Positions 1 through 8,524 of a DNA stretch of 32,000 nt are shown piece by piece. Numbering within the stretch: position 1 is the stretch's first letter; each line of letters opens with the position of its first letter. Made by a program: the position numbers and the translations under genes. Source of the stretch: Geobacter sulfurreducens PCA (GTDB taxonomy: Bacteria > Desulfobacterota > Desulfuromonadia > Geobacterales > Geobacteraceae); NCBI RefSeq assembly GCF_000007985.2, contig NC_002939.5, positions 270,001-302,000 of the forward strand. Reading direction: 5' to 3'. The notes beneath the pieces are model-generated. The model was not told where the DNA came from. It did not search any database and saw only the letters and a list, made by a program, of their open reading frames with translations.

Positions 1-281
1 GCAAAACCGATGAACTGATGCCAAAGAATAATGACTGCACAAAGGGCAAAGGGACAAACGCGCAACGCGTCTCCGCCGCAGGTCTGGAGCTACGGGCGGC
101 CATCGGCGCGGTGAGCGGCGTTATTGCAGAGTGCGGGGATTTCGATTGATGCTCCGGGCAAAGACCTTCGGCGGGGCCTGTGATGGTCCTCGCCCGGGTG
201 CGGGGATCAGATCGAACATCTCGACCCTCTCTGCCAGAGAATTGTCGGCAATCGTAAGGGTGGCAGTTGGATGGTGTTGTG

Positions 282-623
282 CTATGAAAGACTGCTGCGG
301 GCGGGTGGGGCCCGGGTGAAAACGATCGATGCGGTAAGGGATGTCTGTGGGCGGGGGTCCTGATGGCCGTTCAAAAGGAAGGACACCGGGCTGTGAAACT
401 CGAAGAGCCGCTGGCCGAGGACTACGATCTGGACATGCTTGAGGGTCGTCGAATGGGCCGTAGCGCTCTGTGACTTGCTGATGGCGCACTTCGGCTGGAG
501 GGAGCCGCCATGCTCCAGAAAACCGGAGCTGGCGACCCCGTTGAGGGCGAGAACAACGAAGATCGTGGCGATCACCGCAATTCGCAGGGGTGTTCCCGAG
601 AATTTTTTCAGCCCTGTTTGCAT
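282..623 (-). CDS. Hypothetical small signal-anchored protein (113 aa from the internal ATG at 623; the ORF track starts it at 677)
   Basis: The N-terminus KKFSGTPLRIAVIATIFVVLALNGVASS looks like a signal peptide or anchor. Third codon positions are strongly G/C-rich, as in neighbouring real genes. I recognise no family and see no clear Shine-Dalgarno. The downstream frame situation is ambiguous (see findings). Confidence 0.35.
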   Translation of the reverse strand: MQTGLKKFSGTPLRIAVIATIFVVLALNGVASSGFLEHGGSLQPKCAISKSQSATAHSTTLKHVQIVVLGQRLFEFHSPVSFLLNGHQDPRPQTSLTASIVFTRAPPARSSLS

Positions 624-800
624 ATGAGGACCATAGTACATAGTTGCCGGCTGATACAAGTTAAAGTTATGCGCCAACTCTGCGGAGCGTCCCGCGCAGT
701 CCCCGGAGGGAGTCTCTCCGCCCGCGTGTGAGGCCGGTCCGGCAGTGGTTGCTGTTGAGCCAGTCCTGATGGCGCCAGGGCACGTTCTCCGGGGAAGCGG

Positions 801-2036
801 TCAGTGGTCGACTTGGGCGCGAGGGATTCCGGCCACGGCGGCACACCAGCCCAGCAGCCCGCAGGCCGCCATGGCAGCGGTCATCGGCACCGCAGTTCCG
901 TTGTGGAGCATCCCAACCAGAGCCCCCGCGCTTGCCCCCAGGGTGTACTGGATCGTTCCCAGAAGCGCCGATGCACTCCCTGCCGCCTTGTCGAAGGGGG
1001 CCATGGCGAGGGCCGTCACGTTGGGATAGAGAAATCCGGTCATGCAGAGGCACACGAACAGAAGGACGACCTGGGCCGGGAAGCCGCCCACCCCCGTGAA
1101 TCCCGCCACCGTGAGGAGCAGGGCCGCCGCTGCGTTGACGGTGAACGCGACGTTGAGAATCCGTTGGGCGCTGAAGCGTCGCAGGAGCCGGCGGTTCACC
1201 TGGGATGCGCCGATCAGGCCGAAGGCGTTGGCCCCGAAGAAAAGGCCGAACTGCTGGGGAGAGACGCCGTTCAGCTCGATGAAGACGAACGGGGAGCCTG
1301 AGATGTAGGAGAAGTTGACCCCGGCGACGCAGCCCAGGGCGATGGCATAGCGGAGGTAGCGGCGGTTGCGGAGCAGATGGCCGTAGATGGCGGCCATTTC
1401 GGCGACACCGCGCGTGCTCCGCCGTTCGGGCGGCAGCGACTCGGGAAGGCATGCCGCTGCCGCGGCGAGAGAGAGAATGCCGAAGATCCCCAGAAAACCG
1501 AAAATCCCCCGCCAGCCGGTGATCAGCAGGAGTTGTCCCCCCGCGATTGGGGCCAGGATCGGCGCGGCCCCCATGACCAGCATGAGAAGTGAAAACATCC
1601 TCGCCGCCTCGGCGGTGTCGTAGAGATCACGCACCACGGCGCGGGAGATCACCATGCCGGCCCCGCCTCCCAGCGCCATAACCACCCGCCAGAAGAGCAG
1701 CCCCTCCCCCGTGTGGACGGCGGCGCATCCGAAGGCTGCCGCCACATAGAGGGCCAGTCCCCCGAGGAGAGGGGTTCGCCTGCCCCACCGGTCGGCCAGC
1801 GGACCGTACACGAGCTGCCCCGCGGCCGAGCCGAACAGGAAGGCGGAGATGGAGAGCTGCACCGTTCCGAGTGGCACGCCGAGGTCCCGGGCGATCTGCG
1901 GGAAGGCGGGAAGGTACATGTCGATGGACATGGAGCTGAAAGCGGTCAGCGCACCCAGGATGAGGACCAGTCGCGCCAGTTCGCGCCGGGTCATGTCGGC
2001 CGGCTGGAACGCCGGGGCCGTGGAGGTTATTTCCAT
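801..2036 (-). CDS. MFS drug-resistance transporter, Bcr/CflA family
   Basis: About 12 hydrophobic segments. MFS motif A GPLADRWGRR is present. The N-terminus (SSMSIDMYLPAFPQIARDL) is typical of Bcr/CflA. I prefer the ATG at 2036 (MEITST...), which has a GGAG 11 nt upstream, over the ORF-track start at 2078. Confidence 0.9.
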   Translation of the reverse strand: MEITSTAPAFQPADMTRRELARLVLILGALTAFSSMSIDMYLPAFPQIARDLGVPLGTVQLSISAFLFGSAAGQLVYGPLADRWGRRTPLLGGLALYVAAAFGCAAVHTGEGLLFWRVVMALGGGAGMVISRAVVRDLYDTAEAARMFSLLMLVMGAAPILAPIAGGQLLLITGWRGIFGFLGIFGILSLAAAAACLPESLPPERRSTRGVAEMAAIYGHLLRNRRYLRYAIALGCVAGVNFSYISGSPFVFIELNGVSPQQFGLFFGANAFGLIGASQVNRRLLRRFSAQRILNVAFTVNAAAALLLTVAGFTGVGGFPAQVVLLFVCLCMTGFLYPNVTALAMAPFDKAAGSASALLGTIQYTLGASAGALVGMLHNGTAVPMTAAMAACGLLGWCAAVAGIPRAQVDH

Positions 2037-2093
2037 AGGGCAGGGTTCTCCGTTCCGCCAATGATGTTCATGCCGCACTATTGCTCCCGTTTC

Positions 2094-2996
2094 TTACAGG
2101 CTTACCAGCCAGAAGAGTGCCGGCAGCGACCCGAAGGAGCAGAGGATGCCGATCCCGACCAGTGCGATGGCGAGCTCCGCCTCCATTCCTGCAACCACTG
2201 CCAGGGCTCCGGCGGTTACCATCGGCGGCATGCCTGCCTCCACGACCGAAACACCTACCGCCAGGCCGTTCATGTCGACCAGGCGGCATGCCACCAGGAC
2301 TGCCAGCGGAGCGGCGAGCATCTTGATACCGAGTCCGATGCCGACCGGCGCCGCGAGATGGGGGGGCAACCTCAGCCGGAGCTGCAGGCCGATGGCCGTC
2401 ATCACCACCGGCACCAAGGGCAGTGCCAGGTAGTGGAGCGCAAGGGACAGTCCGTCCGGATAGGACCACGACTTGAGCGCGAGCCCGGCGGCCAAGGCCA
2501 GGGATGGCGGGAAGAGGAGCATCTTGCGGACCACGGCGGAAACGGACAGAGTTCCATCCTGGCCGTAGAGGGAAAGGATGAAGGAGCCGTAGGTGGCGAA
2601 GATCATCATGGTCCCTATCTGGTCGTAGACGATCAGGTGCGGCAGGCCGTCCGCGCCGAAGAAGGTCCGGATGATCGGCACCCCCAGAAAGGAGGTGTTT
2701 CCCAACGGAACGATCAGGAGCAGCACCCCCACGACGGGCCGCGGCCATTGCCAGATCTTCGCCCCGAGCAGCACCAGTCCCACGGAAAGCGCCAGCAGCG
2801 CCCAGGGGATGATCGCCGCCGTCACCGCGTCGCGAGTGAAGGCGATTTTGGGGGCGTTGAGGAGGATGAGCGCCGGCAGGCAGACGTTGATGGCGATCTT
2901 GTTGAGCACGAAGGGGGTATGTTCCGGCAGCGCCTTGAACCGCCGCAGGAGAATCCCCAGCGAAATGAAGGCTCCGATTATGAGAAAGTTGTGCAT
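2094..2996 (-). CDS. AEC (auxin efflux carrier) family membrane transporter
   Basis: About 10 TM segments. The N-terminal FLIIGAFISLGILLRR...LNKIAINVCLPALIL and the C-terminal AGMPPMVTAGALA are typical of the PF03547-type family. I prefer the ATG at 2996 (MHNFLII), preceded by GGGAGAAACC; the ORF-track start is 3011. The Bcr gene follows 57 nt downstream, so this is probably an operon. Confidence 0.85.
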   Translation of the reverse strand: MHNFLIIGAFISLGILLRRFKALPEHTPFVLNKIAINVCLPALILLNAPKIAFTRDAVTAAIIPWALLALSVGLVLLGAKIWQWPRPVVGVLLLIVPLGNTSFLGVPIIRTFFGADGLPHLIVYDQIGTMMIFATYGSFILSLYGQDGTLSVSAVVRKMLLFPPSLALAAGLALKSWSYPDGLSLALHYLALPLVPVVMTAIGLQLRLRLPPHLAAPVGIGLGIKMLAAPLAVLVACRLVDMNGLAVGVSVVEAGMPPMVTAGALAVVAGMEAELAIALVGIGILCSFGSLPALFWLVSL

Positions 2997-3295
2997 GGTT
3001 TCTCCCGGCACAGGCTATTCGGATCGCCCGTGCCCATCGTCATTTATACGCCCCGGTCCAATGTGCGACCTGGGAGTCGACCCATTAGCGCCGGCCTTCG
3101 GGTTCCGTGACGAATGGATGACCCCCCTTCGGTCAACCCGTGCCATCCGGCGTGAACGCCCGGTAGAAGCGACTGCATATATCTCCGGGGGAGGTGGGCG
3201 GCGAAGCTCCCGCCGCACAGGGTGAGGCATAAGGTATGAAATGCCCCGCACCTTGGTGAACTCTGTCCCTAGCGGTACCTGCCTTCCGTACGACA

Positions 3296-3390
3296 TTGTC
3301 AGATATAATCAAGATAGCAGTGGTCGAAATATAAATAAAATATATTATAGTTATGAATTGCATAACTTATGTTTATTCAAGGGCCCGGCT
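3296..3390. promoter_or_regulatory. AT-rich divergent control region directly upstream of the LysR gene
   Basis: There is a sharp drop in GC (agatataatcaagatag...aaatataaataaaatatattatagttatgaattgcataacttatgtttattc). It contains TATAAT-like hexamers and T-N11-A type dyads (e.g. TAACTTATGTTTA; AATATA-N7-TATATT), as expected for LysR autoregulation sites. No specific site can be assigned by eye. Confidence 0.4.
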
Positions 3391-4314
3391 ATGGATATCC
3401 GCCAGTTGCAGTTTTTCGTCGCAATCGTCAGGTTCGGCAGCTTCACCAAGGCCGCGGAGCGGCTGCGCGTGGCTCAGCCGGCCGTGAGCATGGCCATGAA
3501 GAGGCTTGAGGAGGAGCTTGACCTTGTGCTCTTCAACCGGCAGGAGCGGAAAGTGTCTCTGACCGCCGAAGGCGAGATCTTTCTGCGGCATGCGGAGAAG
3601 ATCCTGGAGGAAGTGGCGTCGACGGAAACGGAAATGGAGGAGTTGCGCGGTCTTGCCAAGGGCGAGGTGCGGGTGGGGATACCCCCCATGATGAGCGCCT
3701 ACTTTTTTCCGCAGATCATCCGGGACTTCTCCAACCGCTATCCGGAGCTGCACCTGAGCGTGTCCGGCGAAGGAGCTTCAAAGATCCAGAAGATGATCCT
3801 CGATGGGGAACTCGACATGGGTGTCATTGCTGGCGCGAGTTTTCCCGACACGCTCGAGTTGCGGAGATTCCTGCGGGAAGAGGTGATCGTCTGCGTACCC
3901 AAGAACCACCACCTGGCGGAGATGGAACGTCTTCCGCTGCAGGAATTCGCCCGCCATCCCCTGATTTTCTACAAGGAAGGGTACTACCTGCGGGAGCTCG
4001 TTTTCGACGTCATGAGAGGGGCGGGGCTCAATCCGGCCATCAGGTTCGAGACCAATCTCTACACCCTGGTCAAGTCGCTCATCCGGAAAGGGATGGGCAT
4101 TTCGGTTTTCTTGAGAATGGTGGTTGAGGAAGACGACGATCTGGAGGCGATTCCCCTGGACCCGCCCCTGTACCTGGATCTCCAGATCGCCTGGAAAAAA
4201 TACGGTTATCTGTCGCGGGCAAACCGTGCGTTTGTTGATTTTCTGCTGGAGCAGAGCGCCAGGGCGCATCAACCGGTCGGCTCGTGTCCCGCGCGGTTGG
4301 TTCCTGCTGGTTGA
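3391..4314 (+). CDS. LysR family transcriptional regulator
   Basis: MDIRQLQFFVAIVRFGSFTKAAERLRVAQPAVSMAMKRLEEEL is the canonical LysR wHTH, followed by a substrate-binding domain. The true start is the ATG at 3391, not the ORF-track 3241. It is divergent from the AEC/Bcr pair. Confidence 0.92.
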   Translation: MDIRQLQFFVAIVRFGSFTKAAERLRVAQPAVSMAMKRLEEELDLVLFNRQERKVSLTAEGEIFLRHAEKILEEVASTETEMEELRGLAKGEVRVGIPPMMSAYFFPQIIRDFSNRYPELHLSVSGEGASKIQKMILDGELDMGVIAGASFPDTLELRRFLREEVIVCVPKNHHLAEMERLPLQEFARHPLIFYKEGYYLRELVFDVMRGAGLNPAIRFETNLYTLVKSLIRKGMGISVFLRMVVEEDDDLEAIPLDPPLYLDLQIAWKKYGYLSRANRAFVDFLLEQSARAHQPVGSCPARLVPAG

Positions 4315-4596
4315 AGATGGCTTCCCGCGTACACCCCTCTTGCCTTTTCGGCCCATTTCCTCTTTGGCCCGGCCCCTTGGTAGGCGGCCATCGACACGAT
4401 GCGCGGCGCCGTGTTGTCGGCAGGCCTATGCTGGCTGGAGCGTTTCATGGTTCAGGCCTAAAGGAATACGCCGTGTGGCACAACGACAAATAATCAGATA
4501 ATTCGGCCACGCCCCCCGGGTGATGCCGGACCGTGCCCGGAACGGCTGACTCTGTCCGATTTGAGATCCGGTCTTGTCCTCATGGGTGAAATGATG

Positions 4597-4618
4597 TTAT
4601 GTTGTCATGACAACATAA
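4597..4618. promoter_or_regulatory. Perfect 22-bp palindrome TTATGTTGTCATGACAACATAA, a candidate GntR/HutC operator
   Basis: I verified it base by base: the symmetry centre lies between 4607 and 4608, and all 11 pairs are complementary. It lies 26 nt upstream of the GTG start of the GntR gene. Confidence 0.6.
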
Positions 4619-4643
4619 TGTTAACGCTGGAAAGGATGCCCGC

Positions 4644-5390
4644 GTGCTGGACCCGCACAGTCGCATGCCGTTGTATCATCAAATCGAGAGTCATCTCCGG
4701 GAGGTCATCAGGAGCGGCAAGTGGCAGGCCGGCGAAGCGATTCCTCCCGAAAGGCTGCTGATCGAGCAGTACGGGGTCAGCCGGATCACGATCCGCCAGG
4801 CCCTGGCAAATCTCGTGGCTGCCGGGCTGCTCTACCGGAAGCATGGGCGGGGGACTTTTGTGGCCGGCGCAAAAGAGCGGCCCATAACCGAGTCGCTGGC
4901 CAACCTGACGGGCCACCTGGAAGAGTTGCAGCTGCGCGGACTTGATCCCCGGGTCAGGGTGCTGGCGCTGGAGACCCGACCCATGATCGCCGAAGTGGCT
5001 GAGGCCCTGCAGCGAAGTCCCGGCGCCGAAGGGTGGTACCTGTACCGGATCGTCACTGTGGAGCAGCAGCCGCTCATGCTTTCGACCGTGTGGCTTCCCT
5101 GCGACCTTGGGGTAGAGCTGAACGAGGAACTCCTGAAACAGCACGGCATGGCCCTGCTGCTGACCCACAACGGCATCGCTCCTCTACGCGGCAGCCAGCG
5201 GATCGGCGCCATGAGTGCCGGACCGGAAGAGGCGCGCCTGCTGGGGGTGCGGGCCGGTGAAGCGGTCTTGCGTGTCAGCAGGGTCATCCACGGCGCTGCC
5301 GACCGTCCGCTCGTGTGGTTCAGGACGCTCTACCGCTCTGATCGCTACGAATACGAAGTCGAACTGAAGAGAGGCAGGCCGCACGCATGA
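4644..5390 (+). CDS. GntR family transcriptional regulator, HutC subfamily (wHTH + UTRA effector domain)
   Basis: PLYHQIESHLREVIRSGKW..GEAIPPERLLIEQYGVSRITIRQALANLVAAGLLYRKHGRGTFV is the canonical GntR wHTH. The C-terminal ~160 aa are UTRA-like. The start is a GTG with GGAAAGGA upstream. Confidence 0.9.
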   Translation: MLDPHSRMPLYHQIESHLREVIRSGKWQAGEAIPPERLLIEQYGVSRITIRQALANLVAAGLLYRKHGRGTFVAGAKERPITESLANLTGHLEELQLRGLDPRVRVLALETRPMIAEVAEALQRSPGAEGWYLYRIVTVEQQPLMLSTVWLPCDLGVELNEELLKQHGMALLLTHNGIAPLRGSQRIGAMSAGPEEARLLGVRAGEAVLRVSRVIHGAADRPLVWFRTLYRSDRYEYEVELKRGRPHA

Positions 5391-6220
5391 TCATGACCAC
5401 GCTGGAAATATTCCTGATTGCAATAACGGCCGGCGTTGCCGGCGCCATCCTGGGCCTGGGCGGGGGAATCATCATCGTGCCGGCCCTGACCCTGCTGTTC
5501 GGCATACCGATACGCACAGCCGTGGCGGCATCGACGGTGTCCATCATTGCCACTTCGACCGGTGCGGCGGTGGCCTACCTGAACGACCGGCTGTCCAATG
5601 TGAGGGTCGCCATGTGGCTGGAGATGGGGACCGCCACCGGCGCGCTGACCGGGGCGCTGGTGGCCGGCTACCTCAACCAGCGCGTGCTGTTCCTGATGTT
5701 TGGCGTGCTGCTGGCCTATTCCGGCTACAACATGTTCAAGGCCCGCAAGGCCGAATTGCCGGGCGAGGTGCTGCCCGACAAGGTATCGCAGCGGCTGGGC
5801 CTTGCCGGCTCCTACCACGACCATGTCCTCAATGCCCGCGTTGACTACCAGGTGACCAGGAGCATTCTCGGCCTGATCATCATGTATTTTTCGGGTGCCG
5901 CGGCCGGCCTTATGGGAATCGGCGCCGGCATCTTCAAGGTGCCGGCAATGGACCAGGTGATGCGCATGCCGTTCAAAGCCTCGACCGCCACCTCCAACTT
6001 CATGATCGGGGTAACGGCGGCCTCCGGCGCGGTGGTCTACTTTGTCCGGGGCGACGTGAATCCGTTGATTACGGGGCCGGTGGTGCTGGGGGTCTTGCTG
6101 GGAGCGCTGGTGGGAGCCCGGCTGATGGTCAGGATGAAGACGACCACCATCCGCAAGCTCTTCATCCCGCTGATCATCTACACGGCCGTCATGATGATGT
6201 ACAAGGGGGTCAGTCCGTGA
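5387..6220 (+). CDS. TauE/SafE (TSUP) family anion exporter
   Basis: Internally duplicated polytopic membrane protein with GLGGGIIIVPAL and GIGAGIFKVPAM motifs. Its ATG overlaps the GntR stop (ATGA), which suggests translational coupling. Confidence 0.9.
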   Translation: MIMTTLEIFLIAITAGVAGAILGLGGGIIIVPALTLLFGIPIRTAVAASTVSIIATSTGAAVAYLNDRLSNVRVAMWLEMGTATGALTGALVAGYLNQRVLFLMFGVLLAYSGYNMFKARKAELPGEVLPDKVSQRLGLAGSYHDHVLNARVDYQVTRSILGLIIMYFSGAAAGLMGIGAGIFKVPAMDQVMRMPFKASTATSNFMIGVTAASGAVVYFVRGDVNPLITGPVVLGVLLGALVGARLMVRMKTTTIRKLFIPLIIYTAVMMMYKGVSP

Positions 6221-6531
6221 CAAGTCCGAACCAGCCGGAAAACGAGGGCGTTGTGCCGATAGAACTGATCCTGGCCCGTCTGCTGCGCATTGGTTCGATC
6301 ATCGCCGCCATCCTGCTGGCAATCGGTATTGCGGCCACGCTGCTGACAGGGGCCGCCTATGCGCCCCGGTTCATCACGGCCGGCCTGGTCGTGCTCCTGG
6401 CGACGCCGATCATGCGGGTGCTGGTGGCCGGACTGGTCTTTTTCCGTGAGCGGGATTGGCTCTTTACCCTGTTCTGCCTGGTCGTGCTCTGTTCGCTCGC
6501 TGCGGGCGTCCTGCTCGGGCAGGTTGGATAG
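6217..6531 (+). CDS. DUF1634-type small membrane protein (common partner of TauE/TSUP genes)
   Basis: 104 aa with 3 TM segments (ELILARLLRIGSIIAAILLAIG...). The GTG start overlaps the TauE stop (GTGA). The family name is from memory of typical TauE neighbours. Confidence 0.75.
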   Translation: MTSPNQPENEGVVPIELILARLLRIGSIIAAILLAIGIAATLLTGAAYAPRFITAGLVVLLATPIMRVLVAGLVFFRERDWLFTLFCLVVLCSLAAGVLLGQVG

Positions 6532-6552
6532 GGCACCGGTTTCAATACCATC

Positions 6553-6577
6553 AAAAAGGGGCCCGAAGGCCCCTTTT
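6553..6577. terminator. Bidirectional intrinsic terminator shared by the DUF1634 gene (+) and glmS (-)
   Basis: AAAAAGGGGCC-CGAA-GGCCCCTTTT: a 6-bp GC stem extended by A/T pairs, with T-runs on both strands. It lies between two convergent stop codons. Confidence 0.8.
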
Positions 6578-6629
6578 GCATTACTACTCGCGCCGCTTGG
6601 CTGCAAACGACATCACAGCCGTCGCATGT

Positions 6630-8459
6630 CTACTCCACCGTGACTGATTTCGCCAGGTTCCGCGGCTGGTCCACGTCGGTCCCCTTGAGGACCGCCACGT
6701 GGTAGGCCAGGAGCTGAAGCGGCACCGAGAGGATGATCGGGGCCAGTTCCTCGCCGTCGGTGGGCACCTCCAGGGTTACCTCGGCCTTTTTCGCAATCGC
6801 CTCGTCACCGGCGGAGCAGATGGCGATCACCCGTCCGCCCCGGGCGATGACCTCCTCCATGTTGGAGAGGACCTTTTCGTAGGTGCTGTTTTTCGGCACG
6901 AGAACCACCACCGGCATGTTCTCATCGATGAGGGCGATGGGGCCGTGCTTCATCTCGCCGGCCGGGTAGCCTTCGGCGTGGATGTAGGAAATCTCCTTGA
7001 GCTTCAGGGCGCCTTCCAGGGCGATGGGATAGTTCATGCCCCGCCCCAGGTAGAGGAAGTCGCGGGCATTCATGTAGCGCCGGGCGATCCGCTCCACCTG
7101 CTCGTTGGTCTCCAGGGCCTGCTCCAGGAGTGCCGGCACCTTGAGCAGGCCGCCGATCATGGTGCGTCCCTGCTCGCAGTCGATGGTGCCGACGGCCCGG
7201 CCAAGGCGGATGGTGAAGAGGTAGAGGGCCACCAGTTGGGTGACGAAGGCCTTGGTGGAAGCCACCCCGATCTCGGGTCCGGCATGGGTATAGAGCACGC
7301 CGTGGGCTTCCCGGGCGATGGAGGAATCCACCACGTTGCAGATGGCGGCGGTCATGGCGCCCCGGGCCTTGGCTTCCCGGAGGGCGGCCAGGGTGTCGGC
7401 GGTCTCGCCGGATTGGGAGATGACCAGCAGCAGCGTCTTCGAGTCGATGACCGGGTTGCGGTAGCGGAACTCGGAGGCGATGTCCACCTCTACCGGGATG
7501 CGGCAGTGCTCCTCCATGAGGAACTTGCCCACGAGTGCCGAATGCCAGGAGGTGCCGCAGGCAACGATGCAGATCCGGCCGATTCCCCGCAACTGCTCGT
7601 CGGCGAGCTTCATCTCCTCAAGCCGCACGTCCCCCTGCTCCTCCAGCAACCGGCCGGTGATGGTGTCCTGGACCGCCCGGGGCTGCTCGAAGATTTCCTT
7701 GAGCATGAAGTGCTTGTACCCACCCTTTTCAGCCATGAGGGGGGACCAGTCGATGTGGCGCGATTTTTTATCCAGGGGCGCGCCGGCCACGGTGGAAAAG
7801 GTGGGGTGGCCGTCCCGGAAGACAACTATCTCGCCGTCCTCCATGAAGACCATCTCCCGGGTGTGGGAGAGGATGGCGGGAATGTCCGAGGCGACGAAAA
7901 ATTCCCCCTCGCCCAGGCCGACCACCATGGGGGAGCCCTGCTTGGCGGCGATGAGCACGCCGGGCTCCCGCTCGCAGAGGATGCAGAGGGCATAGGCGCC
8001 GCGGACCTCGGCCAGGGCCTCCCGAACCGCCCGCTCGAAGTCGCCCGTGCCCGCGAACTTGTCGTCGATCAGATGGGCGATGACTTCAGTGTCCGTGTCG
8101 CTGTTGAAAACCCGGCCGCTTGTCACGAGCCGTTGCTTCAGTTCCAGGTAGTTTTCGATGATGCCGTTGTGCACCACGATGATGGAGCCGGCCTGGTGGG
8201 GGTGGGCGTTGCGCTCCGAAGGGGGGCCGTGGGTCGCCCACCGGGTGTGGCCGATGCCGATGCGGCCCGCCAGGGGAGTGCTCTGGATGAGCCTCTCAAG
8301 GTTGATGAGTTTTCCTTCGCTGCGGCGCTTGTCCGCCTTCCCTTCCAGAAGGGTGCAGATTCCCGCCGAGTCGTAGCCCCGGTATTCGAGCCGCTTGAGC
8401 CCGTCGAGGATGATGGGGGTTGCTTCCTGAGCGCCGATATAGCCGACTATTCCGCACAT
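6630..8459 (-). CDS. glmS: Glutamine--fructose-6-phosphate aminotransferase (isomerizing)
   Basis: MCGIVGY Ntn-Cys start, two SIS domains, and the canonical C-terminus ...LAKSVTVE. 609 aa. Confidence 0.97.
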
Positions 8460-8524
8460 AGATCAGGTCTCCGTTTGTATGGGGGGCTCAGTGGGGGCGC
8501 GTGTCAGCGATCCCCGCGTCATGA

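Noticed and set aside
1713-3110. 465-aa ORF on the + strand, plus other alternative-frame ORFs across 667-3011
   Set aside because: It runs antisense across two separate, well-supported transporter genes and their intergenic gap, and its composition is not protein-like.
3015-3363. ORFs of 93 aa and 76 aa (-) in the AEC/LysR intergenic region
   Set aside because: The translations are Arg/Pro/Gly-rich and not protein-like, with no RBS. The region is better explained as an untranslated leader or regulatory DNA.
4476-4492. Sigma-54 -24 element (TGGCAC) upstream of the GntR operon
   Set aside because: The -12 position (GG-N10-GC) reads AA rather than GC, and there is no TTGC(A/T). A second weak match upstream of cbcL (TGGAAATGGGTTTGA, 12794-12808) has GA instead of GC at -12. 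Both were judged chance matches.
5345-6223. 292-aa ORF on the - strand; the same reasoning applies to 8717-9973 (+)
   Set aside because: These are antisense shadows of the TauE-family gene and of glmU respectively.
8460-8524. Possible glmS ribozyme upstream of glmS
   Set aside because: The spacer is only 65 nt and lies inside a glmU-glmS operon. It is too short for the ~170-nt ribozyme, which is essentially a Gram-positive feature, and no conserved core motifs are visible.
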